The notes beneath the pieces are model-generated. The model saw only the letters and a program-made list of their open reading frames with translations. It was not told the DNA's origin and did no database searches. A stretch of 64,000 nt of DNA from Eledone cirrhosa (lineage: Eukaryota), in the NCBI GenBank assembly GCA_964016885.1, contig OZ024745.1, positions 37,944,001 to 38,008,000 on the forward strand, in the 5' to 3' direction. This document shows positions 58,558 through 64,000 of this stretch, piece after piece (the first letter of the stretch is position 1; each line of letters opens with the position of its first letter). Both the position numbers and the translations under genes were made by a program.

Positions 58558-59744
58558 AGTGGTGGGAAATAATCAGATACCCCCACTATTTGCAATTGAG
58601 AACGAATTAGACATAATAAAAATGAGGAATAAAAGCCAAACAAGCAAAATATGGTATTAATGTTTCTTCTCTTCCCTAGCTACTGTAACAAATAGAACAT
58701 TAAACCATTCCTTAACATATTGCAAATGAAAGACACTGATTGCGATTTTCAAATAATTTTGAAATTAATTCTAATTGGAACAAATATAGTCATATAACTA
58801 AATTTCGGATTATTCCGTCTTATTTGGAGTACATCTTACAATACAATACACAAGGAGAGTTGGTATTTACATAAATGCGTGTAGACAGAAGGAAATCAGG
58901 TAACAATAAACAATAAAATAACAACAGATTTTTGCATTGGAAGTAGCAACACCTATTGTAGTTTAGAGGCCCCGCAGATCCGGATTCACCCTAATTATCA
59001 TCGGAAGGTACACCTCTCCTGTCGAAACTCCAGATTATTGGCGCATGCTCAGAATAGGTCTAGTCATTCGGGTCATTCTCGCTACAAGTCAGCAGCGTTA
59101 TAACAAATGTACATCCGTCTATAACCTCTCCTTCCTGTTCAAGTGAACTTGAAAAGGTTGATGAGGGCTTGGCCAAAGAAGAAAGTGCCTGTCTTCAATA
59201 TTTTCACCCGAAACAACTACACAAACTCTTTCCCTACATCCACCATGCAGAGGAAAACTGCCAACTTTTCCGGTCAAAAAAAGGTGGCAGGTGTCGATCG
59301 ATAGTCGGATCCGTCCTACACGTAATAATAGCGTTTCGACAAAGCCCTTCGAGTCAGAAATGCTCGGATACTCGACAAGTGCGTGCAAAACGGTTACATC
59401 TCTCTGTGCACATCTTGGACAATTAAGTGTAACAGAATTTCTGTGCTGGTAAAGTTTATCTCGAACTGGCAGTGCCTTCTGTTAGTAATACAAGTTTCGG
59501 ATTTCTGGAAAGTGTCCTTAGTCCCAGGCTCGAAGATTCTCTAGAAGAGTTTGGTTAGTTTGATTTCGTGAGCGAACTAGATTCTCATTGATAGCATCAT
59601 CGCACTTGCGCATTACTATTCCTATGAAGAATGATAGGGAGGAATTTCCATTAACCACATTAACAGATTGGAGAGGTTGTGTAGCACTTGGCAACATTTC
59701 AGATTCTAGGTACCCATTCTCAGTCTTCGCAAACGTAAAGACAT

Positions 59745-62030
59745 GGAAGCAGGATGTTGAACAATAGTCAGGCAGTGTGGATTGAGACAGTTCAAAAGGA
59801 GATTAGTGAACAAGTGCACCAACAACCTGATTTGAGTATCACAGTTGAAACTCTTAAAGGGCAGGCCAAAAAAACTAACCAACTGGAAATCACCAGGCCC
59901 AAATGTTGTGCAGGGGTATTGGATAAAAAATATAACATCCCTCCACCCGAAACTGACAACCATGTTCAATGACTGCTTGATGTCGGGTGAGGTACTAGAG
60001 TGGTTGACAAAAGGTACCACAGTTCTGGTAATGAAGACCGAATCAAGGGTAATGATGTTACCAACTATAGGCCTATCACATGTCTGTCCGTAATGTGGAA
60101 ACTGTTAACAAGCATTGTGTCTGAGGAAGTATACCATCACCTCCTCATAAAGAACTTGTTACCGGACGAACAGAGAGGATGCCGAAATAAGTCCCGTGGC
60201 AAAAAAACCCAGTTACTTATTGATAATATGGTAATGAGGAATTGCAAGAGGAGACACACTGGTCTTGCCATGGGATGGATAGATTACAAAAAGGCATTCG
60301 ACATGGTACCTCATTCTTGGATAACCAAAAGCCTAGAGATCTTCAAGGCGGCTGATAACATCAGACTGCAAAAGTATGAAGTCCTGGGAAACAGAGTTAA
60401 CATCGGGTGGAGAATCCCTCTGCTGTTTGTCCTTGCCATGATACCCCTGACCGTTATATTGTGAAAAGTGAGAGCAGGAAACAAGTTGGGAAAAGGACGT
60501 CTTACCATCAACCACCTCCTCTTTATGGACGATTGTAAACTCTTTAGGAAGAGTGAGAAGGAGTTGGATGTACTTGTTGACACTGTCTGTATTTGCAGCA
60601 ATGACATATGTACGCAATTTGGTATTAATAAGTGTGGAGTCCTAGTGATGAACAGGGGTAAATTGAACAGGAGCAACGGAATCCAGGTACCAACAGGTGA
60701 GATGATAAAGGAAATTGACACTGAAGAAGGATACAAATAATTAGGTGTTCTGGAGGCAGATGACATCAAGAACAAATAAATGAAGGAATTGATAAGATCT
60801 GAGTACATTAGGAGAGTAAGGAGCGTATTAAAGTCACATCTGAACAGTAGGAATGTCATAAGTGCAGTGAATTCCCGAGCTGTGTCTATTATTAGATACA
60901 GTGCGGGAATTCTGAAATGGAATGTTGCTGAACAAAAAGAAATAGATAGGAAGTCTAGGAAGCTATTGACTATCTACAACATGTTCCACAAGAGGAGTGA
61001 TATCGATAGACTCTACTTAAAGAGATCTGAAGGTGGAAGAGGTCTTATCAGCATAGAGGACTGTGTTCAGATGGAGAAAAACAAGTTGCACAATTACGTG
61101 ACTGAAAGTAGGGAGCCAATGCTCAAAATTGTACTGAAGGAGAGGACAATAGACCAGGGTATGTCCAAGGAGGAAATAGCATCAAGGAGGAAGAGCAACC
61201 TTCATGATAAATCCCATCATAGTACCTTCTTTAAGAAAACTGAATTTAGAGATTCACAGACATGGAACTGGTTAAAAAGAGGAGACCTTAAAAAGGCTAC
61301 AGAAGGAATGCTAATGGCTGCGCATGAGCAGGCCCTCAGAACGAAGTGGGTGAAACACCATATTTACAAGGAGGAGGCTAGCCCACTGTGTATGATCTGT
61401 GGAGAGAGAGAGATGAGACTGTGGCTCACATTGTATCCAAGTGTAAACACCTAGCCCAGACTCATTATAAAGGCTGGAGACATGATGTGATAGGCAGGAT
61501 GATCCATTGTACCTATGCAAAGTAAACAATTTACCACATTCTGAGAAGTGGTATGAGCATAAGACAGAGTCGGTGATAGAAAATGACCAGGTGAAGGTGC
61601 TATAGGATTTTAGGATACAGACGAACAAGAAATTAGAACACAATAGGCCTGACCTGGTGGTTTTGGATAAGAAAAAAAGATCGTGCCTGCCCATTTGACA
61701 CGAGAGTGCAAGAAAAGGAGAGCGGGGGAGAAAATTAACCGATACCAGGACTTAAAGTGGGAGGTAAAAAGGATTTGGAACTGCCATGAAGTCATGGTCA
61801 TCGACGTTGTCATAGGCGCACTAGGTACTATCTCAAAGAGTTTCCAAGGTTGGTTAAAGAAGATTAGTCCAGCCCCGCTTTTTGGAACACTTCAAAAGGC
61901 ATGCTTGCTGGGAACAGCAAGAACCCTCCGATACGTCCGGAATATCTGAGGCTGCAGGTAGCGGCTTGATATTCATTTCAACAAACTTTCCAGTTAAATA
62001 ACATCAATGACTGAGACTCAAAGAATAATA
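59745..62030 (+). mobile_element. Degraded R4/Dong-like non-LTR retrotransposon (RT + CCHC + RLE), 5'-truncated
   Basis: WKSPGPN, NYRPITCL, EQRGC, WIDYKKAFDMVPH, LFMDD, LYLKRSEGGRGL, CMICGE...HIVSKC...RHD, NRPDLV, EK..RYQDL; 3' end in aataataat. Confidence 0.85.
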
Positions 62031-62033
62031 ATG

Positions 62034-63505
62034 ATTTCTTTATTGGCCACAAGGGCTGACATCAAGAAAAACATTACAGATGACACAGGACGGTACAGGA
62101 CGGTACAGGACGGTACAATGTGGGTTTTGTGCGTGTAAAGATTTTTATTATTTATATAAGAAAAGAAAAAGAAAAGGACATAGAAACATATATATATAAA
62201 CAATAAAAATGAAAATTGAAACAATTAAAAATTCCCCAATAGGGGGGAAACCTCCGAGGGTCACTCGTGGCGAAAACCACACAAGAGACAACGGCCACCC
62301 TGACCACCAGGGCAAGCGCCCTCTCTCAATTTTTACATTTCTCAAACTACAGGCGTATATTCAGAGCGGTCCCGTTCACTCGGACAATTCTCGCTACATT
62401 CACCCACCTTTCAACAAACTTGCTAAAAGGTGACACTTGCCTCTCCACCCTGATTTTCTTCTTCAAGTGAAACTTGAAAAAGTTAATTAGGGATTCGCCG
62501 AAGTGGTATGTGTCTGTCTTTAACCCTTTCAACCTTGTCCACCACACAATCTCTTTCGCCATGGCCACCAGGCAGATGAAAACCGCCTGCCCTTCCTCCT
62601 CGAAGAAAGACGGTGAGAACATCTGCACAATGGACTCAGTCAATAACCGGATAAGTCCTACACGCGACAGCAACTGTTCGACATAGCTCCACCTGTCCAC
62701 GGGCACTGAACAAGTGCGTGAACGACGGTTTCGTCGCTCTGTGCGCATCTCGGACAGGCTCGGCTGACGGCACTTCAGTGCCTGTAGAGCTTATCTCGAA
62801 CCGGCAACGCTCCACCTCCGCATTCACCACCTCCGCCCGGCCTTTCAGCGACAGCTTCCTCTCGGCCCATTTCTGGGTGAGGGAGGCCACCCTGCTCGTC
62901 ACCTCGCTCCAGTTTTTCTCCATCTGGAGGTCCGGTCCGACCAGACCCCGAGCAATTTAACCGGTCCGTCCATCCAACGTCCCGCGACGTTGTCGCACGG
63001 CATGAACTTGTCTCTCCAGATGCCGAGCTGCAAGCCCACCGGCTTTTCCTGGGTTATATTTGCTCCTGTCACCGGTTCGTATTCCTTGAGAGCGGTGCCG
63101 AGCATCTGGATGTGTCTGGTGCTCGACACGACCACGGTGACGTCGTCGGCGGAAGATGACTCGGATTTTCCGCATGCTAGCTCGCATGTGACGCCCCTCA
63201 TCGCCCCAGTTTGTGCAGTAATGGCGCGAGAGCCTATACGTACAAGAGGGACGAGAGGGGACAACCCTGGCGGACCGAGTGCATTATGCTGAACGGCTGC
63301 GACAGGTGACCGTTCACCGTCACAACTGAGCAGTGTCGCTGTACATCGCAACGATCCAACCCCTGAAAACCGGCCCGAAACCGGCTGCCTCGAGGACCGC
63401 GGCCAGGTACCGATGGTCGACCCTATTGAATGCTTTGGATTGATCCAAGTTGATCAGGGCCCCATTCCCCACTAATCTCCTGAAACGTTCTAAAATGGCC
63501 CTTCT
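62034..63505 (-). mobile_element. Degraded Tx1/L1-clade LINE 3' portion
   Basis: LINLDQSKAFNRVDHRYL, ADDVTVVV, LLGVW, KWAERKLSLKGRAEVVN, AKEIVWWTR; 3' end with aataaa signal (ggccaataaagaaat). Confidence 0.8.
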
Positions 63506-64000
63506 CAAAAATTCAGAATTAAAAAAAAATGAAACAGGAATTTAGATCTCAAATTGACTAGCATCAATGACATGTTTATAGCAGCAAGCACACATAAAAG
63601 CAACGCAACATCCCACCTCCATTCCGCTGTCATGGCTACAAATGTTAAACTAACTAAAATAAAATACAAAAAGAGAAAGAACAACACACTAGCAGCCCAA
63701 GTGACTTCAAAAAGTAGACAATCTACTTTTAGACCGTTGTTACTGAACTTCAAACAAAATATAAAACCAAAGCAAAAACAACAGAAATAAAACTAGCCCC
63801 AGACATCAAACAATTACATTGACACTCCTCAACACCATCACTGCGACTACCGCAAGCATTTGAAAAATTAACAATTGGAAACAATGATAATAATGATTTC
63901 ATCATTAGCCACATAGTGTTCACATGAAGACAATTTTAAAGATCTTTAATGGTAAAAATGTCAATACGTGTGATATAAACTCCCAAATCCAGTGATGGTG

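Overview
AT-rich, repeat-dominated eukaryotic (animal) DNA with no convincing host gene. The abundant tRNA-derived SINE family and the microsatellite load resemble an octopod cephalopod; this is inference from recalled SINE sequences. Almost all short ORFs in the track are microsatellite read-throughs. Real coding signal comes only from transposons: one intact 1044-codon RTE-clade LINE ORF (APE+RT, 52008-55142), two truncated Penelope-like elements (PLEs; RT and/or GIY-YIG), degraded R4/Dong-like, Tx1/L1-like, CRE-like and RTE fragments (some with C-terminal C2H2 fingers), and mariner, Chapaev-like and hAT remnants. The most striking signal is a set of sequence-unrelated, non-coding elements inserted into (TA)n tracts, most carrying a type I hammerhead ribozyme (HHR). 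Several are >1-monomer tandem units (periods about 327, 528, 529, 593 and 701 bp) and/or carry a fold-back inverted arm. In two cases the fold-back junction falls exactly at the predicted self-cleavage site. Two HHRs use the U3-A8 core variant, one family shows compensatory stem II covariation, and the tails share a RT(C/T)GAG motif. This looks like a diversified retrozyme-like / non-autonomous PLE system. All alignments and folds were done by eye, so coordinates may be off by a few bases.
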